Assembly: GCA_964016885.1 (NCBI GenBank)
Contig: CAXHJY010001327.1
Location: 248,001-312,000, forward strand
Length of the DNA: 64,000 bases
Direction of reading: 5' to 3'
Origin: Eledone cirrhosa
Taxonomy: Eukaryota
This document shows, piece by piece, positions 1 through 15,000 of this stretch. The position numbers were made by a program, and so were the translations under genes. The notes below the pieces were generated by a model, which saw only the letters and a list, made by a program, of their open reading frames with translations, did not search any database and was not told where the DNA came from. Each line of letters begins with the position of its first letter. Within the stretch, counting starts at the first letter, position 1.

Positions 1-3000
1 TGACTTACCATGAATATAAAACTAGTAATGACTGTTACAATGAAATATAGTTCTAGTAATGACTGTTACAATGAAATATAGTTCTAGTAATGACTGTTAC
101 AATGAAATATAGTTCTAGTAATGACTGTTACAATGAAATATAGAACTGGTAATGACTGTTACAATGAAATATAGAACTAGTATTGACTGCGACAATGAAA
201 TATAGAACTAGTATTGACTGCGACAATGAAATATAGAATTAGTAATGACTGTCACAATGAAATATAGTTCTAGTAATGACTGTTACAATGAAATATAGAA
301 CTAGTAATGACTGTTACAATGAAATATAGAACTAGTACTGACTGTTACAATGAAATATAGAACTAGTAATGACTGTTACAATGAAATATAGAATTAGTAA
401 TGACTGTCACAATGAAATATAAAACTAGTAATGACTGTTACAATGAAATATATAACTAGTAATGACTGTTACATTGAAATATAAAACTAGTAATGACTGT
501 TATAATAAAATATAGTACTAGTAATGACTGTTACAAGGAATATAAAACTAGTAATGAATTGTAATGAAATATAGAACTAGTAATGACTGTTACAATGAAA
601 TATAGAACTAGTAATGACTGTTACAATGAAATATAGAACTAGTAATGACTGTTACAATGAAATATAGAACTAGTAATGGCTATTACAATGAAATATAAAA
701 CTAGTAATGACTTATAATGAAATATAGAATTAGTAATGACTGTTACAATGAAATATAAAACTAGTAATGACTGTTACAATGAAATAATGAACTAGTAATG
801 ACTGTTACAATGAAATAATGAACTAGGAATGACTGTTACAATGAAATATAAAACTAGTAATGACTGTTACGATGAAATATAGTACTAGAATTGACTGTTA
901 CAATGAATATAAAACTAGTAATGACTGTTACCATGAATATAAAACTAGTAATGCCTTTTACAATGAAATATAGTTCTAGTAATGACTGTTACAATGAAAT
1001 ATAGTTCTAGTAATGACTGTTACAATGAAATATAGAACTGGTAATGACTGTTACAATGAAATATAAAACTAGTAATGACTGTTACAATGAAATAGATAAC
1101 TAGTAATAACTGTTACAATGAATATAAAACTAGGAATGACTGTTACAATGAAATATAGTTCTAGTAATGACTGTTACAATGAAATATAGTTCTAGTAATG
1201 ACTGTTACAATGAATATAAAACTAGTAATGACTGTTATAATGAAATATAGAACTAGTAATGACTGTTTCAAAGAAATATAGAACTAGTAATGACTGTTAC
1301 AATGAAATATAGAACTAGTAATGACTGTTACATTGAAATATAAAACTAGTAATGGCTGTTACAATGAAATATAGAACTAGTAATGACTGTTACAATGAAA
1401 TATAAAACTAGTAATGACTTATAGTGAAACATAGAATTAGTAATGACTGTTACAATGAAATATAAAACTAGTAATGACTGTTACATGAAATATTGAACTA
1501 GTATTGACTGTTACAATGAAATATAAAACTAGTAATGACTGTTACGATGAACTATAAAACTAGTAATGACTGTTACAATGAATATAAAACTAGTAATGAC
1601 TGATACCATGAATATAAAACTAGTAATGACTTACCATGAATATAAAACTAGTAATGACTGTTACAATGAAATATAGTTCTAGTAATGACTGTTACAATGA
1701 AATATAGTTCTAGTAATGACTGTTACAATGAAATATAGTTCTAGTAATGACTGTTACAATGAAATATAGAACTGGTAATGACTGTTACAATGAAATATAG
1801 AACTAGTATTGACTGCGACAATGAAATATAGAACTAGTATTGACTGCGACAATGAAATATAGAATTAGTAATGACTGTCACAATGAAATATAGTTCTAGT
1901 AATGACTGTTACAATGAAATATAGAACTAGTAATGACTGTTACAATGAAATATAGAACTAGTACTGACTGTTACAATGAAATATAGAACTAGTAATGACT
2001 GTTACAATGAAATATAGAATTAGTAATGACTGTCACAATGAAATATAAAACTAGTAATGACTGTTACAATGAAATATATAACTAGTAATGACTGTTACAT
2101 TGAAATATAAAACTAGTAATGACTGTTATAATAAAATATAGTACTAGTAATGACTGTTACAATGAATATAAAACTAGTAATGACTGTTACCATGAATATA
2201 AAACTAGTAATGACTGTTACAATGAAATATAGTTCTAGTAATGACTGTTACAATGAAATATAGAACTGGTAATGACTGTTACAATGAAATATAAAACTAG
2301 TAATGACTGTTACAATGAAATATAAAACTAATAATGACTTATAATGAAATATAGAATTAGTAATGACTGTTACAATGAAATATAAAACTAGTAATGACTG
2401 TTACAATGAAATATAAAACTAGTAATGACTGTTACAATGAACTATATAACTAGTAATGACCGTTACAATGAACTATAAAACTAGTAATGACTGTTACAAT
2501 GAAATATAGTACTAGAAATGACTGTTACAATGAATATAAAACTAGTAATGACTGTTACCATGAATATAAAACTAGTAATGACTTACCATGAATATAAAAC
2601 TAGTAATGACTGTTACAATGAAATATAGTTCTAGTAATGACTGTTACAATGAAATATAGTTCTAGTAATGACTGTTACAATGAAATATAGAACTGGTAAT
2701 GACTGTTACAATGAAATATAGAACTAGTAATGACTGTTACAATGAAATATAGAACTAGTATTGACTGCGACAATGAAATATAGAATTAGTAATGACTGTC
2801 ACAATGAAATATAGTTCTAGTAATGACTGTTACAATGAAATATAGAACTAGTAATGACTGTTACAATGAAATATAGAACTAGTAATGACTGTTACAATGA
2901 AATATAGAACTAGTAATGACTGTTACAATGAAATATAGAACTAGTAATGACTGTTACAATGAAATATAGAATTAGGAATGACTGTCACAATGAAATATAA

Positions 3001-6000
3001 AACTAGTAATGACTGTAACAATGAAATATAGAACTAGTAATGACTGTTACAATGAAATATAAAACTAGTAATGACTGTTACAATGAATATAAAACTAGTA
3101 ATGACTGTTACAATGAAATATAAAACTAGTAATGACTGTTACATTGAAATATAAAACTAGTAATGGCTATTACAATGAAATATAGAACTAGTAATGATTG
3201 TTACAATGAAATATAAAACTAGTAATGACTTATAATGAAATATAGTACTAGTAATGATTGTTACAATGAATATAAAACTAGTAATGACTGTTACCATGAA
3301 TATGAAACTAGTAATGACTGTTACAATGAATATAAAACTAGTAATGACTGTTACAATGAATATAAAACTAGTAATGACTGTTATAATGAAATATAGAACC
3401 AGTAATGACTGTTACAATGAAATATAGAACTAGTAATGACTGTTACAATGAAATATAGAACTAGTAATGACTGTGACAATGAAATATAGAACTAGTAATG
3501 ACTGTTACATTGAAATATAAAACTAGTAATGGCTATTACAATGAAATATAGAACTAGTAATGACTGTTACATTGAAATATAAAACTAGTAATGGCTTTTA
3601 CAATGAAATATAGAACTAGTAATGACTGTTACAATGAAATATAAAACTAGTAATGACTGTTACAATGAATATAAAACTAGTAATGACTGTTATAATGAAA
3701 TATAGAACTAGTAATGACTGTTACAATGAAATATAGAACTAGTAATGACTGTTACAATGAAATATAGAACTAGTAATGACTGTTACAATGAAATATAGAA
3801 CTAGTAATGACTGTTACATTGAAATATAAAACTAGTAATGGCTATTACAATGAAATATAGAACTAGTAATGACTGTTACATTGAAATACAAAACTAGTAA
3901 TGGCTTTTACAATGAAATATAGAACTAGTAATGGCTTTTACAATGAAATATAGAACTTGTAATGACTGTTACAATGAAATATAAAACTAGTAATGACTTA
4001 TAATGAAATATAGAATTAGTAATGACTGTTACAATGAAATATAAAACTAGTAATGACTGTTACAATGAAATATTGAACAAGTAATGACTGTTACAATGAA
4101 ATATAAAACTAGTAATGACTGTTACAATGAAATATAAAACTAGTAATGACTGTTACAACGAACTATAAAACTAGTAATGACTGTTACAATGAAATATAGT
4201 ACTAGAAATGACTGTTACAATGAATATAAAACTAGTAATGACTGTTCCAATGAATATAAAACTAGTAATGACTGTTACAATGAATATAAAACTAGTAATG
4301 ACTGTTACAATGAATATAAAACTAGTAATGACTGTTATAATGAAATATAGAACTAGTAATGACTGTTACAATGAAATATAGAACTAGTAATAACTGTTAC
4401 AATGAAATATAGAACTAGTAATGACTGTTACAATGAAATATAAAACTAGTAATGACTGTTACAATGAAATATAGAACTAGTAATAACTCTTACAATGAAT
4501 ATAAAACTAGTAATGACTGTTACAAGGAATATAAAACTAGTAATGAATTGTAATGAAATATAGAACTAGTAATGACTGTTACAATGAAATATAGAACTAG
4601 TAATGACTGTTACATTGAAATATAAAACTAGTAATGGCTATTACAATGAAATATAGAACTAGCAATGACTTACAATGAAATATAAAACTAGTAATGACTT
4701 ACAATGAAATATAAAACTAGTAATGACTTACAATGAAATATAAAACTAGTAATGACTTACAATGAAATATAAAACTAGTAATGACTTATAATGAAATATA
4801 GAATTAGTAATGACTGTTACAATGAAATATAAAACTAGTAATGACTGTTACAATGAAATAATGAACTAGGAATGACTGTTACAATGAAATATAAAACTAG
4901 TAATGACTGTTACGATGAAATATAGTACTAGAATTGACTGTTACAATGAATATAAAACTAGTAATGACTGTTACCATGAATATAAAACTAGTAATGCCTT
5001 TTACAATGAAATATAGTTCTAGTAATGACTGTTACAATGAAATATAGTTCTAGTAATGACTGTTACAATGAAATATAGAACTGGTAATGACTGTTACAAT
5101 GAAATATAAAACTAGTAATGACTGTTACAATGAAATAGATAACTAGTAATAACTGTTACAATGAATATAAAACTAGGAATGACTGTTACAATGAAATATA
5201 GTTCTAGTAATGACTGTTACAATGAAATACAGTTCTAGTAATGACTGTTACAATGAATATAAAACTAGTAATGACTGTTATAATGAAATATAGAACTAGT
5301 AATGACTGTTTCAAAGAAATATAGAACTAGTAATGACTGTTACAATGAAATATAGAACTAGTAATGACTGTTACATTGAAATATAAAACTAGTAATGGCT
5401 GTTACAATGAAATATAGAACTAGTAATGACTGTTACAATGAAATATAAAACTAGTAATGACTTATAATGAAATATAGAATTAGTAATGACTGTTACAATG
5501 AAATATAAAACTAGTAATGACTGTTACATGAAATATTGAACTAGTATTGACTGTTACAATGAAATATAAAACTAGTAATGACTGTTACGATGAACTATAA
5601 AACTAGTAATGACTGTTACAATGAATATAAAACTAGTAATGACTGATACCATGAATATAAAACTAGTAATGACTTACCATGAATATAAAACTAGTAATGA
5701 CTGTTACAATGAAATATAGTTCTAGTAATGACTGTTACAATGAAATATAGTTCTAGTAATGACTGTTACAATGAAATATAGTTCTAGTAATGACTGTTAC
5801 AATGAAATATAGAACTGGTAATGACTGTTAAAATGAAATATAGAACTAGTATTGACTGCGACAATGAAATATAGAATTAGTAATGGCTGTCACAATGAAA
5901 TATAGTTCTAGTAATGACTGTTACAATGAAATATAGAACTAGTAATGACTGTCACAATGAAATATAGAACTAGTACTGACTGTTACAATGAAATATAGAA

Positions 6001-9000
6001 CTAGTAATGACTGTTACAATGAAATATAGAATTAGTAATGACTGTCACAATGAAATATAAAACTAGTAATGACTGTTACAATGAAATATAGAACTAGTAA
6101 TGACTGTTACATTGAAATATAAAACTAGTAATGACTGTTACATTGAAATATAAAACTAGTAATGACTGTTATAATAAAATATAGTACTAGTAATGACTGT
6201 TACAATGAATATAAAACTAGTAATGACTGTTACAACGAATATAAAACTAGTAATGACTGTTACAATGAAATATAAAACAATCAATGACTGTTTCAATGAA
6301 AAATAGAACTAGTAATGACTGTTACAATGAAATATACAACTAGTAATGACTGTTACAATGAAATATACAACTAGTAATAACTGTTACAATGGAATATAAA
6401 ACTAGTAATGACTGTTTCAATGAAATATGGTAGTAGTAATAACTGTTATAATGAAATATAAAACTAGTAATTACTGTTACAATGAATATAAAACTAGTAA
6501 TGACTGTTACAATGAAATATAAAACTAGTAATGACTGTTACAATGAAATATAAAACTAGTAATGACTGTTACAATAAATATAAAACTAGTAATGACTGTT
6601 ACAAGGAATATAAAACTAGTAATGACTGTTACAAGGAATATAAAACTAGTAATGACTGTTACAAGGAATATAAAACTAGTAATGACTGTTACAAGGAATA
6701 TAAAACTAGTAATGACTGTTTCAATGAAATATAGAACTAGTAATGACTGTTTCAATGAAATATAGAACTAGTAATGACTGTTACAATGAAATATAGAACT
6801 AGTAATGACTGTTACATTGAAATATAAAACTAGTAATGGCTATTACAATGAAATATAGAACTAGTAATGACTGTTACAATGAAATATAAAACTAGTAATG
6901 ACTTATAATGAAACATAGAATTAGTAATGACTGTTACAATGAAATATAAAACTAGTAATGACTGTTACAATGTAATAATGAACTAGTAATGTTTGTTACA
7001 ATGAAATATTAAACTAGTAATGACTGTTACAATGAAATATAGTACTAGTAATGACTGTTACAATGAATATAAAACTAGTAATGACAGTTACAATGAATAT
7101 AAAACTAGTAATGACTGTTACAATGAATATAAAACTAGTAATGACTGTTACAATGAATATAAAATTAGTAATGACTGTTATAATGAAATATAGAACTAGT
7201 AATGACTGTTACAATGAAATATAGAACTAGTAATGACTGTTACAATGAAATATAGAACTAGTAATGACTGTTACAATGAAATATAGAACTAGTAATGACT
7301 GTTACAATGAAATATAGAACTAGTAATGACTGTTACATTGAAATATATAACTAGTAATGGCTATTACAATGAAATATAGAACTAGTAATGACTGTTACAT
7401 TGAAATATAAAACTAGTAATGGCTTTTACAATGCAATATAGAACTAGTAATGACTGTTACAATGAAATATAAAACTAGTAATGACTGTTACAATGAAATA
7501 TTGAACAAGTAATGACTGTTACAATGAAATATAAAACTAGTAATGACTGTTACAATGAATATAAAACTAGTAATGACTGTTACAATGAAATATAGAACTA
7601 GTAATAACTGTTACAATGAATATAAAACTAGTAATGACTGTTACAAGGAATATAATACTAGTAATGACTGTTACAAGGAATATAAAACTAGTAATGGCTA
7701 TTACAATGAAATATAGACCTAGTAATGACTGTTACAATGAAATATAGAACTAGTAATGACTGTTTCAATGAAATATAGAACTAGTAATGACTGTTACAAT
7801 GAAATATAGAACTAGTAATGACTGTTACAATGAATATAAAACTAGTAATGACTGTTCCAATGAATATAAAACTAGTAATAACTGTTACAATGAATATAAA
7901 ACTAGTAATGACTGTTACAATGAATATAAAACTAGTAATGACTGTTACAATGAATATAAAACTAGTAATGACTATTATAATGAAATATAGAACAAGTAAT
8001 GACTGTTACAATGAAATATAGAACTAGTAATGACTGTTACATTGAAATATAAAACTAGTAATGGCTATTACAATGAAATATAGACCTAGTAATGACTGTT
8101 ACAATGAAATATAGAACTAGTAATGACTGTTACAATCAAATATAAAACTAGTAATGACTGTTACAATCAAATATAAAACTAGTAATGACTTATAATGAAA
8201 TATAGAATTAGTAATGACTGTTACAATGAAATATAAAACTAGTAATGACTGTTACAATGAAATAATGAACTAGTAATGACTGTTACAATGAAATATAAAA
8301 CTAGTAATGACTGTTACAATGAAATATAGTACTAGTAATGACTGTTACAATGAATATAAAACTAGTAATGACTGTTACCATGAATATAAAACTAGTAATG
8401 ACTGACCATGAATATAAAACTAGTAATGACTGTTACAATGAAATAATGAACTAGTAATGACTGTTACAATGAAATAATGAACTAGTAATGACTGTTACAA
8501 TGAAATATAAAACCAGTAATGACTGTTACCATGAATATAAAACTAGTAATGACTGTTACCATGAATACAAAACTAGTAATGACTGTTACAATGAAATATA
8601 GTTCTAGTAATGACTGTTACAAAGAAATATAGAACTGGTAATGACTGTTACAATGAAATATAAAACTAGTAATGACTGTTACAATGAAATATAAAACTAA
8701 TAATGACTTATAATGAAATATAGAATTAGTAATGACTGTTACAATGAAATATAAAACTAGTAATGACTGTTACAATGAAATATAAAACTAGTAATGACTG
8801 TTACAATGAACTATAAAACTAGTAATGACCGTTACAATGAACTATAAAACTAGTAATGACTGTTACAATGAAATATAGTACTAGAAATGACTGTTACAAT
8901 GAATATAAAACTAGTAATGACTTACCATGAATATAAAACTAGTAATGACTGTTACAATGAAATATAGTTCTAGTAATGACTGTTACAATGAAATATAGTT

Positions 9001-12000
9001 CTAGTAATGACTGTTACAATGAAATATAGAACTGGTAATGACTGTTACAATGAAATATAGAACTAGTAATGACTGTTACAATGAAATATAGAACTAGTAT
9101 TGACTGCGACAATGAAATATAGAATTAGTAATGACTGTCACAATGAAATATAGTTCTAGTAATGACTGTTACAATGAAATATAGAACTAGTAATGACTGT
9201 TACAATGAAATATAGAACTAGTAATGACCGTTACAATGAAATATAGAACTAGTAATGACTGTTACAATGAAATATAGAACTAGTAATGACTGTTACAATG
9301 AAATATAGAATTAGGAATGACTGTCACAATGAAATATAAAACTAGTAATGACTGTAACAATGAAATATAGAACTAGTAATGACTGTTACAATGAAATATA
9401 AAACTAGTAATGACTGTTACAATGAATATAAAACTAGTAATGACTGTTACAATGAAATATAAAACTAGTAATGACTGTTACATTGAAATATAAAACTAGT
9501 AATGGCTATTACAATGAAATATAGAACTAGTAATGACTGTTACAATGAAATATAAAACTAGTAATGACTGTTACAATGAATATAAAACTAGTAATGACTT
9601 ATAATGAAATATAGTACTAGTAATGATTGTTACAATGAAATATAAAACTAGTAATGACTGTCACAATGAAATATAAAACTATTAATGACTGTAACAATGA
9701 AATATAGAACTAGTAATGACTGTTACAATGAAATATAAAACTAGTAATGACTGTTACAATGAATATAAAACTAGTAATGACTGTTACAATGAAATATAAA
9801 ACTAGTAATGACTGTTACATTGAAATATAAAACTAGTAATGGCTATTACAATGAAATATAGAACTAGTAATGACTGTTACGATGAAATATAGTACTAGAA
9901 TTGACTGTTACAATGAATATAAAACTAGTAATGACTGTTACCATGAATATAAAACTAGTAATGCCTTTTACAATGAAATATAGTTCTAGTAATGACTGTT
10001 ACAATGAAATATAGAACTGGTAATGACTGTTACAATGAAATATAAAACTAGTAATGACTGTTACAATGAAATAGATAACTAGTAATAACTGTTACAATGA
10101 ATATAAAACTAGGAATGACTGTTACAATGAAATATAGTTCTAGTAATGACTGTTACAATGAAATACAGTTCTAGTAATGACTGTTACAATGAATATAAAA
10201 CTAGTAATGACTGTTATAATGAAATATAGAACTAGTAATGACTGTTTCAAAGAAATATAGAACTAGTAATGACTGTTACAATGAAATATAGAACTAGTAA
10301 TGACTGTTACATTGAAATATAAAACTAGTAATGGCTGTTACAATGAAATATAGAACTAGTAATGACTGTTACAATGAAATATAAAACTAGTAATGACTTA
10401 TAATGAAATATAGAATTAGTAATGACTGTTACAATGAAATATAAAACTAGTAATGACTGTTACATGAAATATTGAACTAGTATTGACTGTTACAATGAAA
10501 TAAAAAACTAGTAATGACTGTTACGATGAACTATAAAACTAGTAATGACTGTCACAATGAAATATAGAACTAGTACTGACTGTTACAATGAAATATAGAA
10601 CTAGTAATGACTGTTACAATGAAATATAGAATTAGTAATGACTGTCACAATGAAATATAAAACTAGTAATGACTGTTACAATGAAATATAGAACTAGTAA
10701 TGACTGTTACATTGAAATATAAAACTAGTAATGACTGTTACATTGAAATATAAAACTAGTAATGACTGTTATAATAAAATATAGTACTAGTAATGACTGT
10801 TACAATGAATATAAAACTAGTAATGACTGTTACAACGAATATAAAACTAGTAATGACTGTTACAATGAAATATAAAACAATCAATGACTGTTTCAATGAA
10901 AAATAGAACTAGTAATGACTGTTACAATGAAATATACAACTAGTAATGACTGTTACAATGAAATATACAACTAGTAATAACTGTTACAATGGAATATAAA
11001 ACTAGTAATGACTGTTTCAATGAAATATGGTAGTAGTAATAACTGTTATAATGAAATATAAAACTAGTAATTACTGTTACAATGAATATAAAACTAGTAA
11101 TGACTGTTACAATGAAATATAAAACTAGTAATGACTGTTACAATGAAATATAAAACTAGTAATGACTGTTACAATAAATATAAAACTAGTAATGACTGTT
11201 ACAAGGAATATAAAACTAGTAATGACTGTTACAAGGAATATAAAACTAGTAATGACTGTTACAAGGAATATAAAACTAGTAATGACTGTTACAAGGAATA
11301 TAAAACTAGTAATGACTGTTTCAATGAAATATAGAACTAGTAATGACTGTTTCAATGAAATATAGAACTAGTAATGACTGTTACAATGAAATATAGAACT
11401 AGTAATGACTGTTACATTGAAATATAAAACTAGTAATGGCTATTACAATGAAATATAGAACTAGTAATGACTGTTACAATGAAATATAAAACTAGTAATG
11501 ACTTATAATGAAACATAGAATTAGTAATGACTGTTACAATGAAATATAAAACTAGTAATGACTGTTACAATGTAATAATGAACTAGTAATGTTTGTTACA
11601 ATGAAATATTAAACTAGTAATGACTGTTACAATGAAATATAGTACTAGTAATGACTGTTACAATGAATATAAAACTAGTAATGACAGTTACAATGAATAT
11701 AAAACTAGTAATGACTGTTACAATGAATATAAAACTAGTAATGACTGTTACAATGAATATAAAATTAGTAATGACTGTTATAATGAAATATAGAACTAGT
11801 AATGACTGTTACAATGAAATATAGAACTAGTAATGACTGTTACAATGAAATATAGAACTAGTAATGACTGTTACAATGAAATATAGAACTAGTAATGACT
11901 GTTACATTGAAATATATAACTAGTAATGGCTATTACAATGAAATATAGAACTAGTAATGACTGTTACATTGAAATATAAAACTAGTAATGGCTTTTACAA

Positions 12001-15000
12001 TGCAATATAGAACTAGTAATGACTGTTACAATGAAATATAAAACTAGTAATGACTGTTACAATGAAATATTGAACAAGTAATGACTGTTACAATGAAATA
12101 TAAAACTAGTAATGACTGTTACAATGAATATAAAACTAGTAATGACTGTTACAATGAAATATAGAACTAGTAATAACTGTTACAATGAATATAAAACTAG
12201 TAATGACTGTTACAAGGAATATAATACTAGTAATGACTGTTACAAGGAATATAAAACTAGTAATGACTTATAATGAAATATAGAACTAGTAATGACTGTT
12301 TCAATGAAATATAGAACTAGTAATGACTGTTACAATGAAATATAGAACTAGTAATGACTGTTACAATGAATATAAAACTAGTAATGACTGTTCCAATGAA
12401 TATAAAACTAGTAATAACTGTTACAATGAATATAAAACTAGTAATGACTGTTACAATGAATATAAAACTAGTAATGACTGTTACAATGAATATAAAACTA
12501 GTAATGACTATTATAATGAAATATAGAACAAGTAATGACTGTTACAATGAAATATAGAACTAGTAATGACTGTTACATTGAAATATAAAACTAGTAATGG
12601 CTATTACAATGAAATATAGACCTAGTAATGACTGTTACAATGAAATATAGAACTAGTAATGACTGTTACAATCAAATATAAAACTAGTAATGACTGTTAC
12701 AATCAAATATAAAACTAGTAATGACTTATAATGAAATATAGAATTAGTAATGACTGTTACAATGAAATATAAAACTAGTAATGACTGTTACAATGAAATA
12801 ATGAACTAGTAATGACTGTTACAATGAAATATAAAACTAGTAATGACTGTTACAATGAAATATAGTACTAGTAATGACTGTTACAATGAATATAAAACTA
12901 GTAATGACTGTTACCATGAATATAAAACTAGTAATGACTGACCATGAATATAAAACTAGTAATGACTGTTACAATGAAATAATGAACTAGTAATGACTGT
13001 TACAATGAAATAATGAACTAGTAATGACTGTTACAATGAAATATAAAACCAGTAATGACTGTTACCATGAATATAAAACTAGTAATGACTGTTACCATGA
13101 ATACAAAACTAGTAATGACTGTTACAATGAAATATAGTTCTAGTAATGACTGTTACAAAGAAATATAGAACTGGTAATGACTGTTACAATGAAATATAAA
13201 ACTAGTAATGACTGTTACAATGAAATATAAAACTAATAATGACTTATAATGAAATATAGAATTAGTAATGACTGTTACAATGAAATATAAAACTAGTAAT
13301 GACTGTTACAATGAAATATAAAACTAGTAATGACTGTTACAATGAACTATAAAACTAGTAATGACCGTTACAATGAACTATAAAACTAGTAATGACTGTT
13401 ACAATGAAATATAGTACTAGAAATGACTGTTACAATGAATATAAAACTAGTAATGACTTACCATGAATATAAAACTAGTAATGACTGTTACAATGAAATA
13501 TAGTTCTAGTAATGACTGTTACAATGAAATATAGTTCTAGTAATGACTGTTACAATGAAATATAGAACTGGTAATGACTGTTACAATGAAATATAGAACT
13601 AGTAATGACTGTTACAATGAAATATAGAACTAGTATTGACTGCGACAATGAAATATAGAATTAGTAATGACTGTCACAATGAAATATAGTTCTAGTAATG
13701 ACTGTTACAATGAAATATAGAACTAGTAATGACTGTTACAATGAAATATAGAACTAGTAATGACCGTTACAATGAAATATAGAACTAGTAATGACTGTTA
13801 CAATGAAATATAGAACTAGTAATGACTGTTACAATGAAATATAGAATTAGGAATGACTGTCACAATGAAATATAAAACTAGTAATGACTGTATCAATGAA
13901 ATATAGAACTAGTAATGACTGTTACAATGAAATATAAAACTAGTAATGACTGTTTCAATGAAATATAGAACTAGTAATGACTGTTACAATGAAATATAGA
14001 ACTAGTAATGACTGTTACATTGAAATATAAAACTAGTAATGGCTATTACAATGAAATATAGAACTAGTAATGACTGTTACAATGAAATATAAAACTAGTA
14101 ATGACTTATAATGAAACATAGAATTAGTAATGACTGTTACAATGAAATATAAAACTAGTAATGACTGTTACAATGTAATAATGAACTAGTAATGTTTGTT
14201 ACAATGAAATATTAAACTAGTAATGACTGTTACAATGAAATATAGTACTAGTAATGACTGTTACAATGAATATAAAACTAGTAATGACAGTTACAATGAA
14301 TATAAAACTAGTAATGACTGTTACAATGAATATAAAACTAGTAATGACTGTTACAATGAATATAAAATTAGTAATGACTGTTATAATGAAATATAGAACT
14401 AGTAATGACTGTTACAATGAAATATAGAACTAGTAATGACTGTTACAATGAAATATAGAACTAGTAATGACTGTTACAATGAAATATAGAACTAGTAATG
14501 ACTGTTACATTGAAATATATAACTAGTAATGGCTATTACAATGAAATATAGAACTAGTAATGACTGTTACATTGAAATATAAAACTAGTAATGGCTTTTA
14601 CAATGCAATATAGAACTAGTAATGACTGTTACAATGAAATATAAAACTAGTAATGACTGTTACAATGAAATATTGAACAAGTAATGACTGTTACAATGAA
14701 ATATAAAACTAGTAATGACTGTTACAATGAATATAAAACTAGTAATGACTGTTACAATGAAATATAGAACTAGTAATAACTGTTACAATGAATATAAAAC
14801 TAGTAATGACTGTTACAAGGAATATAATACTAGTAATGACTGTTACAAGGAATATAAAACTAGTAATGACTTATAATGAAATATAGAACTAGTAATGACT
14901 GTTTCAATGAAATATAGAACTAGTAATGACTGTTACAATGAAATATAGAACTAGTAATGACTGTTACAATGAATATAAAACTAGTAATGACTGTTCCAAT

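Noticed and set aside
24-37. GTAA-TGACTG-TTAC inverted repeat in each monomer as a functional hairpin
   Set aside because: Only a 4-bp AT-rich stem, too weak to support a structural claim.
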